From Candidatus Zhuqueibacterota bacterium (GTDB lineage Bacteria > Zhuqueibacterota > Zhuqueibacteria > Residuimicrobiales > Oceaniaggregativiventaceae): a stretch of DNA of 50,180 nt. The position numbers and the translations under genes were made by a program. Below are positions 29,167 to 39,071 of the stretch, one piece after another (the stretch's first letter is position 1; each line of letters begins with the position of its first letter). The notes beneath the pieces were generated by a model. That model had not been told where the DNA came from. It was given only the letters and a program-made list of their open reading frames with translations, and did no database searches. The stretch is taken from assembly GCA_016929055.1 (NCBI GenBank), contig JAFGJN010000161.1, positions 1 to 50,180 on the forward strand. The letters are read 5' to 3'.

Positions 29167-30360
29167 ATGTTGACGTTGAGATTCGATGTTCGCGATTTAT
29201 TCCGCGCTCTCCGCATCGCTCTGAGTTTACAGCGGATGTGGATTCAACTGATCGGACTGTCCGTCGGCCTTGCTGGTTATTGGATTTTAACCTATGCCGG
29301 CTTTGGCATAAGCGGCTATTCTCTCACCGAGATTTGGGAGCAATATGGTCTGCTGATCTGCGTTTTTCAAACCGGCTTGTTCCTCAACTGGATATCCTGG
29401 ATATTTTTCGGACTCGCTTTTCTTATCCTGAGCGTCGCCCTTTTGCTTTCAGCCACTGCTGTTGCTCGAGCTGCCTATATGAGCGGCAAAGGAAATCATT
29501 TTTATACCTGGCACGAAGCCTACGCTTTTGCTTTTTGTAAAGCCGGTTCGGTTTTGATGACCCCGATATCGCTGGCGGTTTTAATCGGATTGATGGTTTT
29601 CGGGGGCTTTTTGGTGGGATTGCTGGGACGAATTCCCTATATTGGTGAAGTCGGTATTGCTTTGTTTGTGGTTTTCTGGTTTGCGGTAGCGCTGCTGTTG
29701 CTGCTGTTTGCAGCTGTTTTGTTGGTCTCATTTTTTTTGGTTCCGGTCATTATCGCTACCACCGACGAAGATGCGTTTGAAGCGGTTTTTCAGACTTTTT
29801 CTCTCGTCTGGTCTCAGCCCTGGCGATTGTTTTTTTATGGCGCGGTGAACCTTGGTATGGCCTTCCTGGGTCTGTTCCTTTTTGCATGGATCACCAAAAA
29901 AGCTTTGGTTTTGATGAATGGATTGTTTGCCTTGTTTATGGGCAGCGATTTTATCAATCTTGCCAACAACGGCCAGGCATCGGTGCAGAGTTGGCTTATC
30001 TATGCTCAGCCGATTGTAGAGCAGCTGCTTGGCGATTTCGCATCGGGGGTCTTTTTCTCACGCTATCATACGGCAATCGCTGCATCTGATTTGGCTGGAA
30101 CGGCCGTGGGACCAGCCTCTTTTATTTATGCCCTGGGTTTGCTGTTTATCGGTGGATGGGTTCTTTCCTATGGTGTTTCTACTTTCAATTGTGGCAACAT
30201 GCTCGCCTATCTGATCATGCGTCGTCACAAAGACGGCGAAAACTTGTTGGAGCGTCGGGATAAAGAAGAAGAGCAGGAATCCGACGATCAAGAGGCAGTG
30301 GAAGAATCGGCCCAAGATGCGGATGAAATGAAACCTGAAACAAATGTTTCTGAGACATGA
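29167..30360 (+). CDS. Polytopic membrane protein of unknown function with acidic tail
   Basis: GAGGAGG SD, about 6 hydrophobic segments, DAFEAV..FS..WSQPWR motif, acidic C-terminus. Confidence 0.8.
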   Translation: MLTLRFDVRDLFRALRIALSLQRMWIQLIGLSVGLAGYWILTYAGFGISGYSLTEIWEQYGLLICVFQTGLFLNWISWIFFGLAFLILSVALLLSATAVARAAYMSGKGNHFYTWHEAYAFAFCKAGSVLMTPISLAVLIGLMVFGGFLVGLLGRIPYIGEVGIALFVVFWFAVALLLLLFAAVLLVSFFLVPVIIATTDEDAFEAVFQTFSLVWSQPWRLFFYGAVNLGMAFLGLFLFAWITKKALVLMNGLFALFMGSDFINLANNGQASVQSWLIYAQPIVEQLLGDFASGVFFSRYHTAIAASDLAGTAVGPASFIYALGLLFIGGWVLSYGVSTFNCGNMLAYLIMRRHKDGENLLERRDKEEEQESDDQEAVEESAQDADEMKPETNVSET

Positions 30361-30439
30361 GGATTGACGGTTTGGCGCGTTTTTCTGTGTTTCGAGTTAA
30401 AATTTTCCGCAATTGTTTTGTTTGGGAGGTATAGATGTT

Positions 30440-30643
30440 ATGAAAATGGGGTTGGTGAAAAGCTGGGACGCTGGCCGGGGTTATGGCTTTGTCGTTTCCG
30501 ACGAGGGCGGGGATTTGTTTTTGCATGTATCCGATCTCGATGTTTCCCTTTCCCCCAATGAACTTCGCCCGGGTTTGCGAGTGCGTTTCGATGTGCGAAG
30601 CGATATGCGGGGAGATAAAGCTATTCGGGTTCGTAAAGCATAA
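30440..30643 (+). CDS. Cold-shock domain protein
   Basis: GLVKSW..GRGYGFV (RNP1) and DLFLHVSDL (RNP2). 67 aa from ATG 30440 with GGGAGG SD. Confidence 0.9.
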   Translation: MKMGLVKSWDAGRGYGFVVSDEGGDLFLHVSDLDVSLSPNELRPGLRVRFDVRSDMRGDKAIRVRKA

Positions 30644-30741
30644 GTCGGGGGTCTCCACGCCGCACCGAGCGTGCCGTAAAGAGCGAGACTCGACGGCTAA
30701 CGGTGCTTGTCAATCATCGTGCGTGGAAGCGAGGAATTAAA

Positions 30742-32025
30742 ATGCAAGTATTTGTCAAAATCCGAGATCAACAGTACGGTCCCTATACATCTGCGGATCT
30801 CGAAAAGTTGGTACAATCTGGTCAGTTTAAAAGCGACGATCTGGTGTTCAGCGAGGATCAACAGGAGTGGATTCGCGCCGAGGATCATACCGCCTATCAA
30901 TCGCTTTTCCAGAACGAATCCCAATCGGAAAAAAAACGAACAGTTTTTGCTGTCGGTGGAGGCAAGGGTGGCGTGGGGAAAACAGTCATAACCGCTTCCC
31001 TTGGTGTCGGATTGGCGAGTTTGGGCAAACAGGTTGTGTTGGTCGATGCAGATTTAGGCGGCGCTAACCTGCATACCTGCATGGGGATTTTGGAACCCAA
31101 ATTCACCTTTTATCATTTTTACTCTTTACAGCGCGACACTCTGGAAGATATTCTGCTGGATACGCCGATTGAAAATTTGCGGCTGATCAGCGGTACCTGT
31201 GGAACGCTTGGCCTGGCTAATCCGCGTTATTCCCAAAAGCAACGCTTTATCTCATCGCTTAAAAAAATCAATGCGGATTATTTGTTGCTCGATCTGGGCG
31301 CTGGTTCTTCATATAACGTGATCGATTTTTTTCTAGCCGCTGACGATCGAATCGTCGTTACGACTCCCGAGCCGATGGCGGTTCAGGAAACGTTTAATTT
31401 TGTAAAGATTGCGATTTTTCGAGCACTGCAACGTTTGTTTCGTGATAATCAGACTGTCTTGTCGTTGCTGGACAATGACATGTTTGCCGAGCCAGGCAGG
31501 TTGGGAACAACAATGCAGCAATTGTTGCATCAAGTTGAAAAAGCCGATGCGCAGGCAGGTAAACAAATTGGAGAATTTTTAGACGGATTTCGCCCCCGCC
31601 TGATACTCAATATGGTGCACGATTCGGATGAGGCCAGGGAAGGCGTTGCATTAAAAACGGCCGTGCTAGAGTTGCTCGGTGTGCAGATGGAGTTCTTGGG
31701 CGTCATCGAGTACGACGAAAGCGTGCGAAACTCGGTGAAGGAACTCAAGCCCTTTCTCATCAACGACCCGCGCTCCAAGGCTTCCCGAAGTCTGGCGAAA
31801 CTGATTTCGGTCGGTTTGCTCAAGAAAACAGGCTGGAAAGGATTTAGAGAGCGCCGTCGCGTCATTCGTCAAGTCGCTGATGAAGCTCAATCCTATCCCA
31901 CAAACCAACTCAAAGAAAGTGATGTGATCTGTTCAGTTAACTGTTTTTATTGGGGTGATTGCGATTTTCAAAATGGCGGCTACCCCTGCCCGGTTCGCCA
32001 TTTGGATCCAATTTTTAAGAAATAA
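30742..32025 (+). CDS. MinD/FlhG-type P-loop ATPase with N-terminal GYF_2 (DUF4339) domain and C-terminal 4-Cys motif
   Basis: QQYGPYT..L..LVQSG....DLVF....EW (GYF_2), VGGGKGGVGKT, VDADLGGANLH, LDLGAG, VTTPEP, C-x3-C-x5-C-x8-C tail. ATG 30742 with GAGGA SD. Confidence 0.88.
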   Translation: MQVFVKIRDQQYGPYTSADLEKLVQSGQFKSDDLVFSEDQQEWIRAEDHTAYQSLFQNESQSEKKRTVFAVGGGKGGVGKTVITASLGVGLASLGKQVVLVDADLGGANLHTCMGILEPKFTFYHFYSLQRDTLEDILLDTPIENLRLISGTCGTLGLANPRYSQKQRFISSLKKINADYLLLDLGAGSSYNVIDFFLAADDRIVVTTPEPMAVQETFNFVKIAIFRALQRLFRDNQTVLSLLDNDMFAEPGRLGTTMQQLLHQVEKADAQAGKQIGEFLDGFRPRLILNMVHDSDEAREGVALKTAVLELLGVQMEFLGVIEYDESVRNSVKELKPFLINDPRSKASRSLAKLISVGLLKKTGWKGFRERRRVIRQVADEAQSYPTNQLKESDVICSVNCFYWGDCDFQNGGYPCPVRHLDPIFKK

Positions 32026-32315
32026 CCTCTTTCGCTTGCCTCCCACTTGAAACATCAGGGGCTGTCTAAAATGAACGTCGGCTGTGCACTGTTCGAGCGG
32101 ACAATCGCAGGCTGCCGCTTTGACTGTTTTTGGGGGATTGCCCCATCATTTCCGTTTCCGATTGCAAGTCTAAGCGTCTATTTCCGGCAAATGGCAGTCG
32201 CATTGAAAGGACTAGAGGGCATTGCTTACAAGCCGGAAAAAGTCCTTTAAAGATTCCTCGAATTTGCGTACCTTGATTCTGATTCGTTTTTTTGCCCGAT
32301 ACAAGAGCAGCCTAG

Positions 32316-33710
32316 ATGTACCAAACACGCAAAAATGAACTCACTTTGAATCAAAGTTCTCGGCGCTTTACTCTGAGAATTCATCCCTCCCATACTCTGC
32401 CGCTTAGTTTTTTCATTTTAATTCTGCTGGGTTTTGTTCTGTTGGTCTTGCCCATTAGCCATCAGGAGGAACTGAGCGCGATCGATGCCCTGTTTACAGC
32501 GACATCGGCGACCTGTGTGACCGGATTGGTGGTGGTGGATACGGGTTCGCATTTGAGTTTATTCGGCCAATGGGTCGTTCTTTTTTTGATTCAGTTTGGC
32601 GGATTGGGGATCATGACATTTTCGGCTTTTTTTGTTTTTCTTTTTCAGGGTCGTTTTTCAATTAAAAGCCGGGATCTTGTTGAAAAGAGTTTTCGCGGTG
32701 GTTCCATACCCCAGTTGGGCCGGCTTTTGATGATGGTTATCATGATAACGCTGCTCCTGGAAACTCTGGGGGCTGTGGTTTTAACTTTGCGGTTTGCACA
32801 GGAATTTCCTCTGAGCCGGGCAATCTATTTGGCCGTTTTTCATTCGATATCGGCTTTTTGCAATGCTGGATTTTCTCTCTTTTCCACCAGTATGTTGGAT
32901 TTTCAAACCGATCTTACCGTCAATTTGACTTTGATGGTTCTGATCGTTTGCGGCGGATTGGGGTTCTGGGTGTTTTTTGATTTTTATCGCTGCTTTAAAA
33001 AACGGCGTTTCTTTCATGCGCTCTCTTTGCACTCGAAAATCGTTGTTTCCGTTACGGGCACACTGATTTTGGTTGGTTTTGTGCTGTTCCTGTTTTTCGA
33101 GTGGAACCACGCCTTGAGAGAATTCAGTTTCGGCCACAAAATGGTACTCGCCGCCTTTCAATCGATTACTACGCGTACAGCGGGATTTAATTCGGTCCCG
33201 ATCGAACAACTACGAAACGCAACATGCTTGCTCTTTATGATTCTTATGGTGATCGGTGCATCTCCAGGATCTTGCGGAGGTGGTATCAAGACAACCTCTT
33301 TTGCTGTATTGACGGCTGTGATCCTCTCCCGTTTGCGGGATCGCCGTCAGGTGCAGCTCTGGCAACGGGGAATTCCGGAGCATCTGGTCTCCAAAGCGAT
33401 CGCTATCGCATTTTTTTGGATTGTGGCGGTTACGGTTGTTTCGCTTTTTTTGATGAGTTTCGCCTATCCGGGCGTAAGCGATGATCAGAGTCGTGTTTTG
33501 TTTATTGAAATTCTCTTTGAATCCTTTTCTGCCATTGGCACCGTTGGCCTGAGCATGGGATTGACGCCCGAGCTGACGGATATTGGAAAAATCCTGATCA
33601 TTCTTTTAATGTTTGTTGGTCGTATCGGTCCAGCTACCCTGGCGATCGCTGTTGCGACGCGGAGTCATTCGCGCTTGCAACTGGCGGAAGAAGAATTTCT
33701 GGTTGGCTGA
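32316..33710 (+). CDS. ktrB: Ktr/Trk potassium transporter membrane subunit (KtrB/TrkH)
   Basis: Four pore loops with Gly filters (ATCVTGL, AFCNAGF, TRTAGF, AIGTVGL) and GASPGSCGGGIKTT. Confidence 0.93.
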   Translation: MYQTRKNELTLNQSSRRFTLRIHPSHTLPLSFFILILLGFVLLVLPISHQEELSAIDALFTATSATCVTGLVVVDTGSHLSLFGQWVVLFLIQFGGLGIMTFSAFFVFLFQGRFSIKSRDLVEKSFRGGSIPQLGRLLMMVIMITLLLETLGAVVLTLRFAQEFPLSRAIYLAVFHSISAFCNAGFSLFSTSMLDFQTDLTVNLTLMVLIVCGGLGFWVFFDFYRCFKKRRFFHALSLHSKIVVSVTGTLILVGFVLFLFFEWNHALREFSFGHKMVLAAFQSITTRTAGFNSVPIEQLRNATCLLFMILMVIGASPGSCGGGIKTTSFAVLTAVILSRLRDRRQVQLWQRGIPEHLVSKAIAIAFFWIVAVTVVSLFLMSFAYPGVSDDQSRVLFIEILFESFSAIGTVGLSMGLTPELTDIGKILIILLMFVGRIGPATLAIAVATRSHSRLQLAEEEFLVG

Positions 33711-33732
33711 TCTAGAAAGGACAGGATACTCT

Positions 33733-34389
33733 ATGCGTTCCTTTGCGATTATTGGTCTCAGCAGTTTTGGACATTACCTGGCGAGCTATCTGTCGGATTT
33801 CGGTCATCGAGTTTTGGCGGTCGATATCAATGAAGATAAAATCGAAAAGATCAAAAGCAATGTCGATCGGGCGGTAATTGCCGATGCCACCGACAAGAAG
33901 GTTTTGGACGAATTGGGTTTGTCCGATATGGACATCGTGGTGGTGAGCCTGGGAGACCAGATCGATGCGAGCATTCTCGTTACCCTTTATCTTCGCGAGC
34001 TCAAGGTCAAACAGATCCTGGCAAAAGCCCTGACGGAGGATCATGGAAAAATTCTGGATATCATCGGTGCGACTCGGGTGGTTTTCCCCGAACGCGATGA
34101 AGCTTTGCGTCTGGCAAAAACATTGGAGAACGATTATCTCTTGGACAATATCTCTCTCGGCGAAGGGATCAGCATTATCGAAATTGCTCCGCCGCAGGAT
34201 TTCATCGGCAAAACACTGGGCGAACTCGATTTGCGCAATAGACTGGGAGTTCTCGTTTTGGTTGTCAAAGAGATGATCCCCGAAAATGTGGTGATGATCC
34301 CGACCGCCGAGCACATGATCAAGGACAGCGATGTGCTGGTTTTGTTGGGCAAGGACCGGGATTTGGCCAGGATTAATAAACTCAAATAA
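33733..34389 (+). CDS. ktrA: Ktr/Trk potassium transporter RCK regulatory subunit (KtrA/TrkA)
   Basis: FAIIGLSSFG, VLAVD, ADATD, IGATRVVFPE, RCK_C FIGKTLGELDLR. Start ATG 33733 with AGGA SD. Confidence 0.92.
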   Translation: MRSFAIIGLSSFGHYLASYLSDFGHRVLAVDINEDKIEKIKSNVDRAVIADATDKKVLDELGLSDMDIVVVSLGDQIDASILVTLYLRELKVKQILAKALTEDHGKILDIIGATRVVFPERDEALRLAKTLENDYLLDNISLGEGISIIEIAPPQDFIGKTLGELDLRNRLGVLVLVVKEMIPENVVMIPTAEHMIKDSDVLVLLGKDRDLARINKLK

Positions 34390-34725
34390 AGCTGCTACAG
34401 GCTTACGGAGGTCCCATTCGAGGATAGCATCAAAGTTAATGGATATAAAAGTGGTGACCGATTTCGATGCCGATTATTCAGATTGCAGGCAATTTTCGTT
34501 TATCACAAGTCGATTATTTGGCGCAAGTCGTGAAAACCATCAGGAATTTGTTTTGGACAGCAATACAACAGGGAAAAGTAAAAAATTTGAATATTCGGTG
34601 CCGTATCAGGCGTTTAAGGTGAAGAGAAGAAAGGAGTCGATGATTCGGGTTTTATTTCGCTGGCCGGCACCAAATCCGAGTCAAAATAATACATTGAACG
34701 CTGTTTTTGGAAGGGAAGTAATGCC

Positions 34726-35148
34726 ATGTCTCTACAAATCGTTCGGGTGATCCGAGAGCTGACCGATACCGGCCAACAACCGGATCGAATGCGGCGTGCG
34801 GTTTTCTGTAAGGATCTCGGCGCTGCACTGTGGGAACCCAATACCGATATTGTCGAGAATCAGGATGCAGTTTTTATTCGTTTGGAGCTGGCAGGTGTTG
34901 AGGCGAACGATTTGTGTGTCAAGATTAAAAACGGCTGTTTGATGGTGAGCGGTGAACGAAAGGATGTTAGGCCGCAAAAACCATTGTTTTTTCACCAATT
35001 GGAACTTCGATACGGGCCGTTTTTTAAAAGCATTGCCATACCGGATGCCCTGGAACACAACCCCATTGAAGCGCATTTGAAACAAGGCATGCTGGAAATC
35101 ATCTTGTCCAAAAAAACTACAGCGGTCGAAATTCCCATCTCTCGATAA
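34726..35148 (+). CDS. Hsp20/alpha-crystallin small heat-shock protein
   Basis: WEPNTDIVE, LELAGV, LMVSGER, ELRYGPFFKSIAIP, AHLKQGMLEIILSK. Directly upstream of lon. Confidence 0.9.
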   Translation: MSLQIVRVIRELTDTGQQPDRMRRAVFCKDLGAALWEPNTDIVENQDAVFIRLELAGVEANDLCVKIKNGCLMVSGERKDVRPQKPLFFHQLELRYGPFFKSIAIPDALEHNPIEAHLKQGMLEIILSKKTTAVEIPISR

Positions 35149-35217
35149 AACGCCTTCTATCCGCTCTTTATTTGGGCTGGAACACAGAATTGAGAAAGCG
35201 TATTTGGAGAATACTCT

Positions 35218-37581
35218 ATGGATGATTATTCAATACAACTTGAAAACGAGGAAATACAAGGCAAGATACCCGATGAATTGCCCGTATTGCCTTTGCGCGA
35301 TACGGTTGTTTTTCCCAATATAGTTACACCACTGGTTGTGGCGCGCGAAAAATCGGTGAGTTTGATCAACGAAGTAATTTCCGGTTCGCGCATGTTGGGA
35401 CTGGTCACCCAGCGTGATGCAGAGGATGAAGATCCGAGTCCCAAGGATCTCTACTCTGTTGGTGTGGCCGCTGTTATTTTGCGCATGCTCAAATTTCCGG
35501 ATGGGTCGCTGCGTGTGCTGATTCAAGGCCTTTCGCGTATTCGTATAACTGAAATCCACCAGGTCGAGCCCTTTCTTAAGGCGAATATTAAAGTTATCGA
35601 TCGAACACTCAGGCCATCGACGGAAATTGAGGCACTCAAACGGAATTTGGTCATCCAGTTTCAAAAAGTCGTGAGTCTGGTCCCACAGCTACCAGACGAA
35701 CTACAGGTGGTGGTCGTCAACACCAATGACCCCGGCAAGCTGGCGGATCTGATCGCCAGCAATCTTAGCTTGTCCATCCAGGAAAAGCAAGAGATACTCG
35801 AAATAGTCGATGTTCATACGCGCCTGGAAAGATTGACGGTCTATGTCAACCGCGAGTTGCAGGTGCTGGAAATGGGCTCGAAAATTCAGGATAAAGTCCA
35901 GACCGAATTGGGTAAAAACCAACGCGAATATTTTTTACGCGAACAGCTGCGAGCGATTCAGAAAGAATTGGGTGTGGGGGATGATCGTTCGATAGAGATC
36001 GAAGAATTGCGGCAAAAAATCGTAAAAGCCGGTATGCCCGAGGAAGTAGAAGCGGAAGGTTTGCGTGAGTTGGATCGTCTGGCAAAAATGCAGCCGGGAG
36101 CGGCTGAATATACCGTGTCACGAACCTATCTCGATTGGATGATCGCTTTGCCCTGGTCGGTTTCGACGGTAGACAATCTGGATATCGAGCGTGCGCGACA
36201 GGTTCTGGACGAAGATCACTATGATCTCAAAAACGTCAAAGAACGGATACTCGAATACCTGGCGGTGCGCAAATTGAAATCCGATACCAAGGGACCGATT
36301 CTCTGCTTTGTCGGGCCTCCCGGAGTCGGTAAAACTTCTTTGGGACAGTCGATCGCTCGGGCGATGGGTCGGAATTTTGTTCGAATTTCGCTTGGCGGTG
36401 TGCATGACGAAGCGGAAATCCGCGGCCATCGCCGAACGTATATCGGTGCACTTCCTGGACGGATTATTCAGAATTTGAAAACCGCCGGCAGCAACAATCC
36501 GATTTTTATGCTCGATGAAGTAGACAAGATCGGTCAGGATTTCCGTGGCGATCCAGCTTCGGCTTTGCTGGAAGTGCTCGATCCACAACAAAATTTTTCC
36601 TTTTCAGATCACTATCTCGATGTTCCGTTCGATCTTTCGAAGGTGATGTTTATCACCACCGCCAATATCCTTCATACCATACCCGGCGCTCTTCGAGATC
36701 GGCTGGAGGTGATCGAATTGCCGGGCTATATCGAGGATGAAAAAGTCGAAATCGCTTTTAAATATTTGATTCCAAGACAAATCGACGAAAATGGGCTCAA
36801 ACGTCGACACATCCGTTTCAGCAAGCCCGCAATTCGTGCGGTTATTCAAAATTATACTCGGGAAGCGGGCGTTCGAAATTTGGAGCGACAGATCGCGACC
36901 ATCTGCCGCAAGGTTGCGCGCAAGGTGGTCGAGGGGACTGAGGAGACACAAAAAATCGAGCCTGCGAATCTGCGCGAGCTTCTTGGGCCGGCAAAATTCT
37001 TTTCCGAAGTGGCTGAACACAAAGACGAACCCGGTATCGTGACCGGCCTGGCCTGGACGCCAACCGGAGGCGATATTCTTTTTATCGAGGCCACTCAGAT
37101 GAAGGGCAACAAGGGCTTGATGCTCACAGGACAATTGGGAGATGTGATGAAAGAGTCCGTTCAGGCGGCACTCTCCTATATTCGTACACATGCCCGGGAT
37201 TTGGGAATCGAACCGACTTTTTTTGAAAATCTAGATGTACACGTACATGTGCCTGCCGGCGCCATTCCCAAAGATGGTCCTTCAGCAGGCGTAACTATGG
37301 CCACCGCTCTCTATTCCTTGTTCGTCGGACGACCGGTTCGGCACGATATCGCCATGACCGGCGAAATCACCTTGCGCGGCAAAGTCTTGCCTGTGGGTGG
37401 GATCAAGGAAAAAGTCCTGGCGGCGCGGCGTTCCGGCATCAAAAAAATCGTTCTGCCGGAAAAGAATCGCGATGATTTAGAGCAAGTTCCCGAAAATACC
37501 AAAAAGAGCATGACTTTTTATTTTGTTGATCAATTGGACCAGGTTTTCGATATTGCTGTGAGAAAAAAGGCGAAAAAGTGA
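35218..37581 (+). CDS. lon: ATP-dependent protease La
   Basis: LPVLPLRDTVVFP, QREYFLREQL, GPPGVGKT, LDEVDK, PKDGPSAG (catalytic Ser), GGIKEK (catalytic Lys). Confidence 0.98.
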   Translation: MDDYSIQLENEEIQGKIPDELPVLPLRDTVVFPNIVTPLVVAREKSVSLINEVISGSRMLGLVTQRDAEDEDPSPKDLYSVGVAAVILRMLKFPDGSLRVLIQGLSRIRITEIHQVEPFLKANIKVIDRTLRPSTEIEALKRNLVIQFQKVVSLVPQLPDELQVVVVNTNDPGKLADLIASNLSLSIQEKQEILEIVDVHTRLERLTVYVNRELQVLEMGSKIQDKVQTELGKNQREYFLREQLRAIQKELGVGDDRSIEIEELRQKIVKAGMPEEVEAEGLRELDRLAKMQPGAAEYTVSRTYLDWMIALPWSVSTVDNLDIERARQVLDEDHYDLKNVKERILEYLAVRKLKSDTKGPILCFVGPPGVGKTSLGQSIARAMGRNFVRISLGGVHDEAEIRGHRRTYIGALPGRIIQNLKTAGSNNPIFMLDEVDKIGQDFRGDPASALLEVLDPQQNFSFSDHYLDVPFDLSKVMFITTANILHTIPGALRDRLEVIELPGYIEDEKVEIAFKYLIPRQIDENGLKRRHIRFSKPAIRAVIQNYTREAGVRNLERQIATICRKVARKVVEGTEETQKIEPANLRELLGPAKFFSEVAEHKDEPGIVTGLAWTPTGGDILFIEATQMKGNKGLMLTGQLGDVMKESVQAALSYIRTHARDLGIEPTFFENLDVHVHVPAGAIPKDGPSAGVTMATALYSLFVGRPVRHDIAMTGEITLRGKVLPVGGIKEKVLAARRSGIKKIVLPEKNRDDLEQVPENTKKSMTFYFVDQLDQVFDIAVRKKAKK

Positions 37582-37599
37582 AATTAGAGACGGGATAAA

Positions 37600-39021
37600 A
37601 TGGAAAAATCCCCACCGGATTATCAAGCGCTGTCTGAAAAGCTCGAAAAGATCGATCAAGTGCATCTCTTGGCTTTTTGGGACGAGTTGAATCGGGAACA
37701 ACGTCTGCACTTGGCCGAACAGATCGATGAACTCGACGCAGATCTGATCCTCGAGCTCTCCGATAAAGTCCTCAAAGATTCGGGCTCAGTAGAGAAGCCG
37801 GATCCCGATCTTAAGCCGGCAGATGTGATCCTTTTGGACGAACTGGCATGCGATCTGAAGCGCCAAAAAAAAGCCGTCGAGGTGGGAAATGAAACTCTGG
37901 CGGCCGGGCAGATAGGAGTCGTGGTGGTGGCCGGTGGCCAGGGAACCCGACTGGGATTCGATTCTCCTAAAGGTGTTTACCCCGTGGGGCCGATTACGAA
38001 CCGCAGTCTATTTCAGTACCACACCGAAAAAATTCTGGCGCTGGAAAAGCGGTTCGCTGTTTCAATCCCCTTTTGCATCATGACGAGCGAAGCAACCGAT
38101 CTGGAGACGCGGGAGTTTTTCGCCAGGAATCGATTCTTTGGGAAAACAAAAGATTCGGTTTACTTTTTTCGTCAGGGTATGTTGCCATCCTTTTCACCCC
38201 AGGGAAAAATCCTGCTTGAAAAAAAATGGCAAATCAGTCGTTCTCCGGACGGCCACGGCGGCCTTTTGAATGCTCTGAACCAACGCGGACTGCTGCAAAC
38301 ACTACAGGCAAAAGAAATCGGTTACCTCTATTATTTCCAGGTCGACAACGTGTTGACCCGCATCGGCGACCCCCTTTTTATCGGTCTGCACCGTTTGACG
38401 GCAGCCGATATTTCCAGTAAAACCGTGCGCAAACGCGATCCCGATGAAAAACTGGGAAATATCTGCAAGATCGGCGACCGGTATCGGGTCGTCGAATATA
38501 CGGAACTATCCGAGCAACAAAAAATGCAAAACGATGCGCAGGGCAATCCTCTGTTTGCGCAAGGCAGCATCGCCATTCATCTCTTCAACCTTTCATTTAT
38601 GCAGTCGCTGCTCGGACAAGATCGGCGGCTGCCTTTTCATCTGGCTCGTAAAAAAATTTCCTGTATCGACAAACACGGCAATCCGCTCGAACCAGAGGAA
38701 CCCAACGGTTACAAGCTTGAGCAGTTTATTTTCGATGCATTTGTCTATGCCGACAAAGTCACTGTTGTCGAAACCGAGAGAGAAAGGGAATTCAGTCCGA
38801 TAAAAAACGCTTCAGGGAATGATTCTCCCCAAAAGGCCCAACAGGATTTGTCCAACATTTTTGCCGACTGGTTGGAATTTTGTGGAATTTCTGTTAAGCG
38901 CGATTTAAAGGGCAATTCTCTTGAACCGATTGAGATCTCCCCTCTATATGCGGATCAGCCCGATCTTTTGTGCAAAAAAATTGCCGCAAATCCCGACGTA
39001 AATTCATTTTTGTTCGAATAG
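37600..39021 (+). CDS. UDPGP type 1 family nucleotidyltransferase (eukaryote-type UDP-GlcNAc pyrophosphorylase, UAP1-like)
   Basis: AGGQGTRLG...PKG, PDGHGG, QVDN, VEYTE, KLEQFIFD, REREFSPIKN. Confidence 0.9.
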   Translation: MEKSPPDYQALSEKLEKIDQVHLLAFWDELNREQRLHLAEQIDELDADLILELSDKVLKDSGSVEKPDPDLKPADVILLDELACDLKRQKKAVEVGNETLAAGQIGVVVVAGGQGTRLGFDSPKGVYPVGPITNRSLFQYHTEKILALEKRFAVSIPFCIMTSEATDLETREFFARNRFFGKTKDSVYFFRQGMLPSFSPQGKILLEKKWQISRSPDGHGGLLNALNQRGLLQTLQAKEIGYLYYFQVDNVLTRIGDPLFIGLHRLTAADISSKTVRKRDPDEKLGNICKIGDRYRVVEYTELSEQQKMQNDAQGNPLFAQGSIAIHLFNLSFMQSLLGQDRRLPFHLARKKISCIDKHGNPLEPEEPNGYKLEQFIFDAFVYADKVTVVETEREREFSPIKNASGNDSPQKAQQDLSNIFADWLEFCGISVKRDLKGNSLEPIEISPLYADQPDLLCKKIAANPDVNSFLFE

Positions 39022-39071
39022 ATATCGACTTTTATAGCCTCCACATCTGAACCCTATCGATTTGAGCAGCG

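Noticed and set aside
32026-32315. c-di-AMP (ydaO) riboswitch or 67-aa ORF upstream of ktrB
   Set aside because: Conserved ydaO motifs were not found. The ORF has no SD or recognisable features.
34390-34725. CIRCE or other heat-shock operator before hsp20-lon
   Set aside because: No TTAGCACTC-N9-GAGTGCTAA match seen. The 139-aa ORF spanning the gap looks spurious.
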